Under the pieces are notes generated by a model. The model was not told the DNA's origin, did not search any database, and was given only the letters and a program-made list of their open reading frames with translations. The position numbers were made by a program, and so were the translations under genes. Positions 20,698 to 31,012 of a stretch of 64,000 bases of DNA are shown here, piece by piece (the first letter of the stretch is position 1; each line of letters begins with the position of its first letter). The stretch is from Candidatus Heimdallarchaeota archaeon (GTDB taxonomy: Archaea; Asgardarchaeota; Heimdallarchaeia; JABLTI01), in assembly GCA_019056785.1 (NCBI GenBank), contig DXJV01000068.1, forward strand, positions 1 to 64,000, written 5' to 3'.

Positions 20698-21771
20698 TTG
20701 TTTAAAAAAAACTCCCAACGAAGAAAGCCCTGGCAGAAAAAAGCCACAACCCTTTCCATCGATATTACTCAAAAGTTATTACAGCTTTTACATTTACCAG
20801 CTCCACCGCCCCCTTCATCTCCTATGACACTCTCAGCCGAGCAAACAGGCGCTTTAATCCAATATTTGAAAAAAGCAACAACTAATGCAGAATCAAAACT
20901 CCAACTCTTCAAAGCGCTTGAAACATTACAGAAAAGAACATTACAATTAAAAGAAACAAAAAAAGTAGTGGCAAATTTACGGGAATCAGAAGAAACATCT
21001 ACGAAGGCACTCTCTTTTTTAAAAGAAAAGTTAGACATTTTAACAGAGGAAAGAGATGAGTTAATCTTTAAAATAGCAGCATTACAAGAAGAGTTGATTA
21101 CACTCCCGGTCGCAGCCTACCTTGAGAAAATTTTAACCTTCATTAAATCAATAGAATTTGCTGAGACACAAAACTGGGAAGGAGAATTAGATTATTACCG
21201 AACGCGTTTTCTGATGCAAAAAGATGAGTCCATTCCAGAAACCCCCGCGTCACAAAAAATAAGTGTCGAAGAAGCATTAGAACGGCCGCGGGACCCGCTT
21301 TCCATTTCAAAAACCGTTCGACCGACAAAACAAGCCAAACCTTCATTATCTTTGTTGCTCCCGAAATCCGCTAGTGAACTTCCTTCTTTAGTGGCAACCT
21401 ATAATCAAATAGTAAATGCTTTACCTGAAGCATCTTCTGAAAGATTATTGGAATTAGAGGGTGAAGATTTAGAAGCAATACTGACAGAAACGGAAGAGAA
21501 AAGTATGGTCACCGGAAAAGAGCTTTATAGTTTGAAACGTGAACAGGGGATTCTGAGCCTTAAAACTTATGAATTAATTCAGACTTTAAAAGTTCGCTTG
21601 TTTAATATTAGTGGTGGTATTGCCTCTCGTGCGTTCTTAAAGAGCAGTTTAAACGAGTTGTTGCAAATTGCTCGTGACGATTCCATTACTGAGGAGGACA
21701 AAAAACAAGCAATAAAACGGGCATTGCAACGGCTGTTGCGGATTTTGGGAGAAATACCATCTAAGACTTAG
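20698..21771 (+). CDS. Hypothetical alpha-helical/coiled-coil protein with a proline-rich segment
   Basis: 357-aa ORF, TTG start after AGGTG; PAPPPPSSP; Leu/Glu/Lys heptad-like stretches. Confidence 0.6.
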   Translation: MFKKNSQRRKPWQKKATTLSIDITQKLLQLLHLPAPPPPSSPMTLSAEQTGALIQYLKKATTNAESKLQLFKALETLQKRTLQLKETKKVVANLRESEETSTKALSFLKEKLDILTEERDELIFKIAALQEELITLPVAAYLEKILTFIKSIEFAETQNWEGELDYYRTRFLMQKDESIPETPASQKISVEEALERPRDPLSISKTVRPTKQAKPSLSLLLPKSASELPSLVATYNQIVNALPEASSERLLELEGEDLEAILTETEEKSMVTGKELYSLKREQGILSLKTYELIQTLKVRLFNISGGIASRAFLKSSLNELLQIARDDSITEEDKKQAIKRALQRLLRILGEIPSKT

Positions 21772-21977
21772 CTGCTCTCTTTCTCCAACAGACGGCTTCC
21801 TCCTCGAAAATATCGGAAAACATAGCTTTAAATAGCTAAAAAGGGCTGCTAGAAAATATTCAGATATCTTTCTTCACTAACTACAATTAATGGCAAACTA
21901 GGTGGAGTAGACACTTCGTTGAAGCTAGAGCTATTTAATTGTAGAGAAGAATTTTTAACAAATTGTTTGGTGATAAA

Positions 21978-23546
21978 ATGAAACTTATGCGATTCTCTAC
22001 TGGGGATAAAATCCCTGCTTCTGAAAAGCTTCTTGAAGATATCCCTCTTGTTGGGGAGCTTTCTTTCAGTGAATTTGAGGAAGTCAAAGGAGAGATTAAA
22101 GGAAAACCCATTGTATGCTCCAATTGTGGAGCAATATTAACTTCTTTAGAATCTGTGCAAACGGACCCAAAAGTGGGCATGTTTTTCAAGTGCAATTATT
22201 GTAGCACAATAAATGTTATTGACCCCAAGGATTTACCAACAAAGATAGATCCTTATGCTGGCTGGTTTATCCCACCTGAGAAACCAACGCAGGATTTTGG
22301 CGATGGGGTGCAAAAAGGGAACTCTCTTATCGCCGTTTTAGATGTCTCAGGTTCGATGAGTGGCGCAAAACTTGCCGGAGTTAAAAAGAGCCTTATTTCC
22401 ACCCTCAAATCTTATTCGAAAAGCAATGCAAATGCTATTTTCGGTTTGATTACTTTTGAAAGTCAAGTTCGCATCTACTCACCTGATGGCGAAGTAGTGG
22501 AGAAGATTAGTGGCGACGATCTTTATGATCTCAAAGCCATAGAACAACAAATAGCAAAAAATGCTTGGATCAAGAATCAACTGCCAAAAATTCAGATTGG
22601 TAAAACTATGGGTCTCTGGGAAAAAACAGTTAGACAAATGGAATCTTTGAACTCGACAGCTCTCGGTCCCGCTGTTGTCGCTGCACGGGTAATGTCTTTG
22701 CATGTTGGTACAGGGCGCATCTTGCTTTTAACTGATGGTATGGCAAATGAAGGCATTGGCAGCTTGTCTAGCGCTTCCCCCGAAGGAAAACAATTCTACC
22801 GGAAAATTGCTGAAGAACTGAGTAAAAATGGCATTATTTTGGATATTGTTGGTATTGCAGGCGAAGGCTCTCTCGAGTTAAAAACGCTAGCGCAATTACC
22901 TGAAATCACTGGCGGGGACTTGTTCTATGTTGACCTTTCTGAGCTTGAGGATAGTTTTTCCTTACTTGCAGGCGACCAACTTATTGGAAGACGGGCCAGA
23001 ATAAAAGTGATCGTTCCTCAAGAACTCGAATTAATGCATGTCTCTGGAATGGGGACACGAACGAAAAAAGTCAATCCTGGTGAAGACATTGCTATTGGTG
23101 GTCTTTCCCGGTCACGCTCCATTTCTTTTGAATTAAAACCGAAAAAAGACATTAAAAAGCGAAAGAAAGTTCCGGTGCAAATCCAGATTCAATATCAGGA
23201 TGAGAATGATAATGAGCGCATTCGTGTCATCGAAAAAGAACTCGAGGTAACAGAACTCAAGGAGGAACTTGAGAAAAGTTTGGATGCTGATCTTATTGCC
23301 GGCTATACAGTGCAAAGAGCCGCCCAAGTGATGCAAAGTGACCGGAAGAGAGGGAAAGAATTGATGAAAACGATGCAAGCAAAACTCAAGAAAGCCGCTC
23401 CCAAGGCTGTTGCAGCCCAACAGTATTTGGAGGAGGAAATCGAAGAGCTTGATGAAATCATGTTGGCTGAAAAGCGAGGAATGACACAAGCAGCTGACAA
23501 AATACAAGCAAATGCTTATCGAATGGTGAAGAAGCGAAAGAAATAG
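21978..23546 (+). CDS. Sec23/Sec24-type zinc finger + vWA (trunk) + beta-sandwich + helical domain protein
   Basis: PIVCSNCGAIL...FKCNYCSTIN zinc finger; MIDAS DVSGSM, STALGPA, ILLLTDGMANEGIG; ATG at 21978 after GGTGAT. Confidence 0.8.
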   Translation: MKLMRFSTGDKIPASEKLLEDIPLVGELSFSEFEEVKGEIKGKPIVCSNCGAILTSLESVQTDPKVGMFFKCNYCSTINVIDPKDLPTKIDPYAGWFIPPEKPTQDFGDGVQKGNSLIAVLDVSGSMSGAKLAGVKKSLISTLKSYSKSNANAIFGLITFESQVRIYSPDGEVVEKISGDDLYDLKAIEQQIAKNAWIKNQLPKIQIGKTMGLWEKTVRQMESLNSTALGPAVVAARVMSLHVGTGRILLLTDGMANEGIGSLSSASPEGKQFYRKIAEELSKNGIILDIVGIAGEGSLELKTLAQLPEITGGDLFYVDLSELEDSFSLLAGDQLIGRRARIKVIVPQELELMHVSGMGTRTKKVNPGEDIAIGGLSRSRSISFELKPKKDIKKRKKVPVQIQIQYQDENDNERIRVIEKELEVTELKEELEKSLDADLIAGYTVQRAAQVMQSDRKRGKELMKTMQAKLKKAAPKAVAAQQYLEEEIEELDEIMLAEKRGMTQAADKIQANAYRMVKKRKK

Positions 23547-23584
23547 CTACTGCTTCTTTCTCTTTTTTTCTTTTTTTACGTGGT

Positions 23585-24853
23585 TTATCCCTGAACATCT
23601 TTTGGAAAGAATTGTTCAAGGGTCTCTTGCTTCCGCAGAATTTTATAGGTGTTACTTCTCTCGAGGTATTTCTCCAAAGGATAACGGATAATTTTCCTTA
23701 ACTCAAGGAATCCATCTTCTAATGTATCTGCCAGTATTGGTTGTTGTTTTAAGGCCTCTTTTGCTATTTCACGAAATCGCCAGACACCACAGGGTATCCA
23801 TTCTTTGTCTACTTCCATGAACAGAAAGCACCCTGCTTGTCGCTGAATCATATCCAAATACTCGAGGACTTCAAGACGGGTACAATAATAAGCACCAGCA
23901 ACATCTTTTGCATAGGTTTTTCGTCCCCGCCAGGTCTCCCAATCAACTGCCATAGCATCGCTAGAACCGAAGAACCAATATTCGAACGCTTCAAACATCC
24001 AAGCAGAGGGGTACAAGAAAATAACTACAAGATTTCCTAAGGCTTTATAATGAAAGATTTTGACTTTGTTAATCCACGGGTTATGAATAATTCGTTTCCA
24101 ATAACGTTTTCCAAGAATATCATCAACCGCAGTTATGGACCATGTCGTAGGAACGAGTTTTCGATTTTTCTTCACTCCAAATAATCCTGCGGAAAGTAGC
24201 CGGGTAATGTGTCGCTGATTTATTTTATCATCATAAAGTTTTATGATGCCGTTGATGGCTTTCAGATCAATATCACTCACCACTTTATCGACAACCTGAG
24301 GAACTTTTGGATTCTCTGTTAGGCGCGCTTGCTTTATTACCCCTGACGGGCCGGCAGGGGGGACGCGAGGCGAGAAGACCAACTCGAGTTTGGGACGTTT
24401 AATAAAAGACATTTCTGTATCCACTGGCTTACTTGACATTACAAGCTCTTGGGTTGTCTCGAGTAATCGATGCCCAGGTTCCTTGGCTTTTTTTACGCTA
24501 ATTGTTTTCTTTCCCCGAACTAAAGCGCTACGATAGCCAATAATCTCCTCCATAGTCTTAAAGATCCACTGCTCCTCAGCATCGTAAATAGAGGTGTCTT
24601 CTGAAGCGACAGGGGGAACGAGTGGGCCAATGGAAACGCGAGGATAGCCATATTCCCCCACAAAAAAACCTGGTGGTGAGGCACCAAAAAAGTCTGTCTT
24701 AGTAAAGGTTTTCTGAATTTCAGCAATGGACTGAGCCTTTGCTAAAATAGGACAGATACCATGCCCACAAAGCTTCCGCCAACCCTGGCATTTCTGGCAG
24801 AGATTGCGCTTCACTTCGGCTGAAGTGCTGCTCATTTTTAAGTTGTCAGTCAA
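23585..24853 (-). CDS. nreA: Nre-family archaeal DNA repair protein (DUF650/DUF651) with C-terminal PIP box
   Basis: CQKCQG..LCG...CP, GASPPGFFVGEYGYPRV, LVPTTWSITAVD, GAYY, GVWRFRE; PIP box QETLEQFF at 23606-23629. Confidence 0.88.
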   Translation of the reverse strand: MTDNLKMSSTSAEVKRNLCQKCQGWRKLCGHGICPILAKAQSIAEIQKTFTKTDFFGASPPGFFVGEYGYPRVSIGPLVPPVASEDTSIYDAEEQWIFKTMEEIIGYRSALVRGKKTISVKKAKEPGHRLLETTQELVMSSKPVDTEMSFIKRPKLELVFSPRVPPAGPSGVIKQARLTENPKVPQVVDKVVSDIDLKAINGIIKLYDDKINQRHITRLLSAGLFGVKKNRKLVPTTWSITAVDDILGKRYWKRIIHNPWINKVKIFHYKALGNLVVIFLYPSAWMFEAFEYWFFGSSDAMAVDWETWRGRKTYAKDVAGAYYCTRLEVLEYLDMIQRQAGCFLFMEVDKEWIPCGVWRFREIAKEALKQQPILADTLEDGFLELRKIIRYPLEKYLERSNTYKILRKQETLEQFFPKDVQG

Positions 24854-24920
24854 GAATAACTCACTTGAAAGGATTAATGATTCTTGGTATCAATATATTC
24901 TTTGTTTGGTTTTATTAACA

Positions 24921-26794
24921 CTATTTTCTTTTCTTCTGTTTTCCTCTTACTAGTATCATCATTGCAAAAAAGCTAACACAACTAAGACTTATCACAGTGA
25001 GCTTTCTAGAGAGGTTGATTGTATAATCAACATCATATCCTGCGTAAAACATGTATTCTTTGGCTTTTTCCAAGTTATGTCTATAGCGTATGATATCAGG
25101 GTTACACCAAATTCCTAATTTTGGAGAGATAGGCCAATCAGTAATGAAATAGTCACCGCCATGAATAATATTATTCATTTCTTCCCTGTCAATCGCATAA
25201 GCAATGGCTTTTCGGAGCGCAAGTCCTTTTGTTAGGTGAGGATTATTAGGGCAGATGGTGCGATTTCCCAGGATTTTGCTCCCTCTAAAAAGATAGGCGA
25301 ACGAACCAAAAGTATCACCAATGTCAGAATAAATTTCGAACATCGGTTCCCTGAGATATTCTTCTCGCTTTTCAGATGGGTTAATGAGTTCTGTATAATC
25401 AATTTTACCCTCTTCAAATTCTAAAAGAGCCATTTGTGGGTAAGGTAGGTATCGAATGCGCAATTGATGCATCATGCTAGTTTGTTGTGTGGCGGTGAAA
25501 CCAAATCTTTCCTTCCAATGTAAAGCCGGGTCATTTGTGATTGATTCATTTAACCACCAGCAATCGTCTCTGACCGTTAGAATTGTCTCAACACCTGGTG
25601 TAAAGCTGGTAAGCTCGAACAGTCCTGTGCCAAAGCAGTTAGTTGAGAAGGTAGCCCATGAAGGATGAAGTATATCCGGTGTAATGCCATCTTCTAACTG
25701 TGTTTGGTTTAAGTAGTGCTCGGCAAAATATTGGTGTTTAAGCTCAGCAAGGATCGTGCATATGGCTCCTTTTCTGGTGTGGCTGGTTTGGCATCAACAT
25801 AGATTCGAATGGTCTTATCATCAATGATTTTCATATCTTTAATCCAATTATAGCGATACCTTTCATTTGAAAGATGCTTCCAAGCATACAGACTGAAATA
25901 GAGGTCTTTGCTATCTAGATATTCATTAGGAAAAAGCCCTTCTGGGTCTGGGGCCCATTTGATACCTTCACGAAGGCTAATTTGAATAGTTGTATCGTTA
26001 AGATAGGTGTAATTTTCTGCCAGGTGAGGCCAAGCACTTTTGTCACTATCATACCAAATTAAAGGATCTAGAATGGTGCTGCTCCCAAATTCTGAGTTCC
26101 AATCATCTCGAGTAATAGGGTTCAAGTCAGACCAAGGTTGTCCAGCAATGACGAATTCATCAGTACTCACTTGTCCAGGGTGTGTGCCATTCCAGTACAT
26201 TTTTCCCCAGGACTGGACTAGACCCTCACACATACTATAACCTTTAAGATTCGTCCAAGCAGCAGCATACTTCTTAGGAGAAAATCCCGGCAAGCCGGGC
26301 AAGATTTCATCCATCAGATAATTTTCCCATTCCCAGTAATGTTGAATACGCTCCGCCGAGTCAGGGGGCATAATTAAATTACCTTGTCTTATATACCATT
26401 CGTTTTTACCAGTTCCTAAATCATCGTCCCAGTCCATGCTGGTATCATAACCGAGGTTCGAAGAACCGTTTTCGTTATAAAGGCCTGTTGCATCCAGGTC
26501 CCACGAGTTGGTGAAAAATGTGATATATACAATATCAATCCTCATGAGCAACTCCAGCCACTGATAGATAACTTCAAACCAATCACGAATTTCCACCTCT
26601 ACTTTTATGCCGATCTGTTCTAGTTGTTGTGCAAGAAAATTGCCATAGTCAGCATTAGCCCCTCCTTGAATTGCCAAAAAGTACAGCGTGAAAAAAGGAT
26701 CACGTGCTTTCACAGTTTTTGTTTCAACAATGCCAATAAAAACCGAAGATAAAATTATTATTAAAGTAACCATACCAACTAGTCTTTTTTTCAT
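24921..26794 (-). pseudogene. Family-5 (peptide/nickel) ABC substrate-binding protein with C-terminal TM, split by one missing base near 25721
   Basis: Adding one G at ~25721 gives ILPEHYLNQTQ...FGTGLFEL, in frame with the 184-aa ORF (LRKAIAYAIDREEMN); restored length 1875 nt, 624 aa. Also PHLAENY and LREGIKW motifs. Confidence 0.85.
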
Positions 26795-26996
26795 TTTTTT
26801 CTCTCTCTCCGTAAGAAGATAAGAAACTCCTATGTTATGTCAACCTTTTTTGTTTATATACTTTTTCCAAAGGAAAATTTATCATTCAAATGGTCCAAAA
26901 ACTTCTGTTTGAAAGGCCAATTTATCAGAGGGGGGAGAGGCAAATGCTGCTTTTAAAGTGACAACGCCAAAAAATTTGGCTCGAGTAAATAACAGC

Positions 26997-27671
26997 CTAG
27001 GGTTCTTGATAATCTTCGTCTTCAGTCAACTCTAATAAACTAATGGACTTGTTATTTTCCTCTTGTTTGATTCTTTCGAACTCTTCTTCAAAAGACTTCT
27101 TCTGCTCTTTTCGCTGATAAATCACAAACGTAGCAACAATTGCCACCAAGATGATGGCACCCAGACCCCACATAACAGCATTAACAACTGCACCTTCGAA
27201 TACATCCAGATGCCAATGGAATCTAAGAGGGAAGGCGGTTGCGCCGGCATAAAAGACCAGATGCCAGGTGTTATCGGCCGGCACTTTTACTTGGATGATA
27301 TCACTCCGGTAATTATCAAAGGGGATGTCATCGGTTCTAAAAAAGGGGTCGTAAAGATAGAGGAGCTCTTTAGAAGGGATACGGCTAATTGCTTGCGTTA
27401 GATTATTAGTGGCGCTCCAGAGAACAAAATGTTCCGTGCTAACAATAAAAACGAGAAATGGTGGGGTAATGACATCTGCTGGCGAGACATCCCAGTCGCC
27501 ACTTAACACTTGCCCTTTGTGGGCTGTAACATTCACGCTATAGTATTCGAAAGCATTTAAAGTGATTGTATTAGTATCTTCCGCTCCAATGACTGAAGTT
27601 GGCGTTTGGAGAAGGAAACAAAATGCTGTGAGCAAGAGAAGACCGGAGATGAATCTGTAAGAAAAACGCAT
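26997..27671 (-). CDS. Hypothetical type-I membrane protein (signal peptide, beta-sandwich, TM, acidic tail); possibly GOLD-like
   Basis: MRFSYRFISGLLLLTAF signal after GGAGG; beta-rich body; TM AVMWGLGAIILVAIVATFVIY. Confidence 0.6.
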   Translation of the reverse strand: MRFSYRFISGLLLLTAFCFLLQTPTSVIGAEDTNTITLNAFEYYSVNVTAHKGQVLSGDWDVSPADVITPPFLVFIVSTEHFVLWSATNNLTQAISRIPSKELLYLYDPFFRTDDIPFDNYRSDIIQVKVPADNTWHLVFYAGATAFPLRFHWHLDVFEGAVVNAVMWGLGAIILVAIVATFVIYQRKEQKKSFEEEFERIKQEENNKSISLLELTEDEDYQEP

Positions 27672-27909
27672 ACATCTTTTTCCTCCAACAATTCGTTTAT
27701 GTATCACGTTCATATATAATCTTTTTTTTACTTGTTTTTTCTTCTGACCTGTTCCTAACATTTAAAATTGGAATAATCAAAGTGATTGTTAGTCTTTAAA
27801 AGACAAGATGACCATAATCAACCATACACTGATAAATCCTCTGAAAGCGTGTCCTAGATACTATATGAAGATTTGAGTGATTTTACTGCTATTGCTGAGA
27901 GAATTAAAA

Positions 27910-29889
27910 ATGACTAATACGACTAGTAAAAGTCCGAGTAAGAAAAAGCCAGAGGTTCAAAAAACCGAGCCGCTTATTGATGTGGACATTAAATCAACAG
28001 CAGAAATCCCCGTCCCTACCAGATTAATCGACCAAGTGTTGGGGCAGAAAAAAGCAGTGGAACTAATTAAGAAAGCCGCGATCCAACGACGGAATGTTTT
28101 ACTCATCGGCGAGCCTGGTACTGGGAAGAGTATGTTGGGGGCGGCAATGGCAGAATTACTTCCAAGAGAGGATTTAGAGGACATTCTTTGTGTTCCCAAC
28201 AAGAAGGACCCTAACAATCCGAAAATCGTCACTGTGCCTTCAGGAGAAGGACGGCGTATAGTTGATCGTTATATGGAAAAATCTGCTCGCAGCCAAAATA
28301 TTCGAATGATCATTAGTTTACTCATTCCCCTTAGCATTATGCTCTATGTTATTTTTGTTCCGCTTCAAAGCAACCCCGATTTCCGGCCTTTGCTGGTGCT
28401 TCTTGGCACTTTTGTCTCCTTCTTCTCCTTTTTAGTTATGGGGCAACTAAGGAGTAGGTCGGAAAATCTTGTCCCGAAAATCCTGGTAGATACCAGCCAG
28501 CAAACACATGCACCTTTTAACGATGCGACTGGTGCGCATGCAGGTGCTCTTCTTGGTGATGTTCGTCATGACCCCTTCCAGTCTGGCGGACTTGGAACGC
28601 CCCCACATGAGCGTGTTGAATCTGGGCTCATTCATAAGTCACACAAGGGTGTTCTCTTTTGCGATGAAATTAGCACCTTGGCAATGCGGACTCAACAACA
28701 GCTTCTTACTGCTATGCAAGAAAAAGAGTTTCAAATCACAGGTCAAAGCGAACTGAGCAGCGGAGCGATGGTTAGAACCGACCCTGTCCCCTGTGACTTT
28801 ATTCTCATTGCAGCAGGCAACCTTCCAACATTAAAGGACATGCATCCTGCATTGCGTTCTCGTATTCGTGGTTATGGCTATGAAATCTATATGGATGAAG
28901 TTATGCCTGATACACTCGAGAATCGAAACAAACTCGTTCGCTTTGTAGCACAAGAAGTCGTAAAGGATGGTCGCATCCCTCACTTCTCAAAAAAGGCTGT
29001 TGAAGAGATTATACGCGAGTTCCGAAGACGCGCCAATAAAAAGAATAGTCTTACACTTATGTTTCGCGAAATGGGCGGACTTATTCGTGCAGCTGGTGAT
29101 ATTGCACGTGAAACAAACTCATCTATTACGACTATGGAACATGTACTTAAAGCAAAATCTCTTGCAGGCTCCTTAGAGCAACAAATCGCTGAAAAATTCA
29201 TCGAAAACAAACGTGCCTATCAAATTATCTTGAATGAGGGCGCCGTTGTTGGAAGAGTGAATGCGCTTGCCGTCTTGGGCTCACGAAGTGGCATTGTTAT
29301 GAACGTGGAAGCAGAAGTCACCCCCACCCTAAGCAAACAAGAAGGGCGAATTATTGCTACCGGAAAGCTCGGTGAGATCGCTAAAGAGTCTGTCTTGAAC
29401 GTTAGTGCTATCATTAAGAAATACACCGGTATTGACACGACAAAACATGACATTCACGTCCAATTCCTGCAGTCATATGAAGGTGTGGAAGGTGACAGTG
29501 CGAGTGTCTCTATTGCAACGGCCGTTGTTTCAGCCCTAACCTCTATTCCCGTAAAACAAGATGTTGCTATGACTGGCTCTTTATCTGTTCGTGGTGAAGT
29601 CCTCCCAATAGGTGGTGTTACGTTCAAAGCTGAAGCAGCCATAGAAGCCGGTATAAAACGAGTGATTATCCCACTGGGTAACTTAGCAGATGTCGTTCTG
29701 AGTGAAAAGCAACTTGAGCAAATCAAGATTATCCCCGTCACACGCTTCTGGGAAGTATTGAAATATGCCCTTGTTGATGAGGGACAAGAGATTGCTAAGA
29801 AATTTAAAGCCGGCATCACGAAATACGAAATGGAACTTGAGGAGAAACTAAAGAAAGAAGCACTGAAATCTCTTAACATGAAAAAATAA
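27910..29889 (+). CDS. lonB: Archaeal membrane-bound Lon protease
   Basis: Walker A GEPGTGKS, two TM helices inside the AAA+ domain, GDVRHDPFQSGG, Ser-Lys dyad (EGDSAS; GGVTFK). Confidence 0.96.
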   Translation: MTNTTSKSPSKKKPEVQKTEPLIDVDIKSTAEIPVPTRLIDQVLGQKKAVELIKKAAIQRRNVLLIGEPGTGKSMLGAAMAELLPREDLEDILCVPNKKDPNNPKIVTVPSGEGRRIVDRYMEKSARSQNIRMIISLLIPLSIMLYVIFVPLQSNPDFRPLLVLLGTFVSFFSFLVMGQLRSRSENLVPKILVDTSQQTHAPFNDATGAHAGALLGDVRHDPFQSGGLGTPPHERVESGLIHKSHKGVLFCDEISTLAMRTQQQLLTAMQEKEFQITGQSELSSGAMVRTDPVPCDFILIAAGNLPTLKDMHPALRSRIRGYGYEIYMDEVMPDTLENRNKLVRFVAQEVVKDGRIPHFSKKAVEEIIREFRRRANKKNSLTLMFREMGGLIRAAGDIARETNSSITTMEHVLKAKSLAGSLEQQIAEKFIENKRAYQIILNEGAVVGRVNALAVLGSRSGIVMNVEAEVTPTLSKQEGRIIATGKLGEIAKESVLNVSAIIKKYTGIDTTKHDIHVQFLQSYEGVEGDSASVSIATAVVSALTSIPVKQDVAMTGSLSVRGEVLPIGGVTFKAEAAIEAGIKRVIIPLGNLADVVLSEKQLEQIKIIPVTRFWEVLKYALVDEGQEIAKKFKAGITKYEMELEEKLKKEALKSLNMKK

Positions 29890-29979
29890 CACCCCTCTTT
29901 TCTTTTACTTCCCCTTCTTCTTTCTTAACCGTTGAACTAATTAACTATAAAGTACCTTTTATAATATGGGTGCCTTTCC

Positions 29980-30999
29980 ATGTGTCCTCTCCACGAAGCA
30001 CGGTATTATACAGTTGGCTCTAATCAAGTAGTGACTTGTAACTTATGCCCAAATCTTTGCAAAATAAGAAAGGGTGATAAAGGGCGTTGTAATGTCCGTC
30101 TCAATCGCGACGGCAAGTTATATGCCACTAATTACGGGCTAGTAAGTTCGGTTACTCATGACCCCATTGAAAAAAAGCCGCTCTATCATTTTCTTCCGGG
30201 AACGTGTACTTACAGCATTGGTACCATAGGGTGTAACTTGTTTTGTCTTTTCTGTCAAAACTGGCATATTTCCAGAGCAGACCCAGATAATTATCATTAT
30301 GGACTCAAAGAATTGTCCCCTACAGAAGCAGCTCAAGATGCAAAATATTCTGGCTGCTCATCAGTTGCTTATACTTATAACGAACCTTTCATCTGGTACG
30401 AATGGGTTCTTGATACCACCAAAGAAGTTAGAAAAAATGGGCAAAAAAATGTGCTCGTAACAAACGGCTATATCGAAGAAGAACCGCTGCGAGAACTCCT
30501 TCCCGTAATTGATGCTGCGAATGTCGACTTGAAAGGCGACCAACAGTTTTACAAAGAGCTCTGCAAAGTTGCTCACCAAGAAGCTGTGCTTCAAACCTGC
30601 AAAATTATGTATGAACAAAAAGTGCACCTCGAGATCACTACCCTACTTATCCCAACAAAAAACGATTCTGAAAAGCAGCTCCTCGAGATTATTAACTTCA
30701 TCTTGGATGAATTGGGTCCGGAAGTACCGTTGCACTTTTCCCGTTATTTTCCCAATTATAAATTAAACCTGCCTCCAACACCCGTAGAAACTCTATTTAA
30801 AGCCAGAAGTCTTGCTTTAGAAGCAGGCCTCAAGTATGTGTATTTGGGGAATATCTTTGGAGATGCAGGCAGCGAAACACATTGTAAAAAGTGTGGCGCC
30901 TTGCTCATTCGACGACAAGGTTATTCCACCAGAATTGTTGGACTAACGAAAGACATGCGTTGTAAAAAATGCAATACTTTTGCTGACATTGTTTATTAA
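29980..30999 (+). CDS. amrS: AmmeMemoRadiSam system radical SAM enzyme
   Basis: CNLCP..C....G.C, DPIEKKPLYHFLPG, CNLFCLFCQNW, AYTYNEP, LHFSRYFP, YVYLGNI. Confidence 0.92.
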   Translation: MCPLHEARYYTVGSNQVVTCNLCPNLCKIRKGDKGRCNVRLNRDGKLYATNYGLVSSVTHDPIEKKPLYHFLPGTCTYSIGTIGCNLFCLFCQNWHISRADPDNYHYGLKELSPTEAAQDAKYSGCSSVAYTYNEPFIWYEWVLDTTKEVRKNGQKNVLVTNGYIEEEPLRELLPVIDAANVDLKGDQQFYKELCKVAHQEAVLQTCKIMYEQKVHLEITTLLIPTKNDSEKQLLEIINFILDELGPEVPLHFSRYFPNYKLNLPPTPVETLFKARSLALEAGLKYVYLGNIFGDAGSETHCKKCGALLIRRQGYSTRIVGLTKDMRCKKCNTFADIVY

Positions 31000-31012
31000 C
31001 TGCCCGCGTCTT

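Noticed and set aside
25700-25730. Programmed frameshift in the substrate-binding protein
   Set aside because: No slippery heptamer at the site; one missing G in CCG-GAG explains it and fits the window-wide indel pattern.
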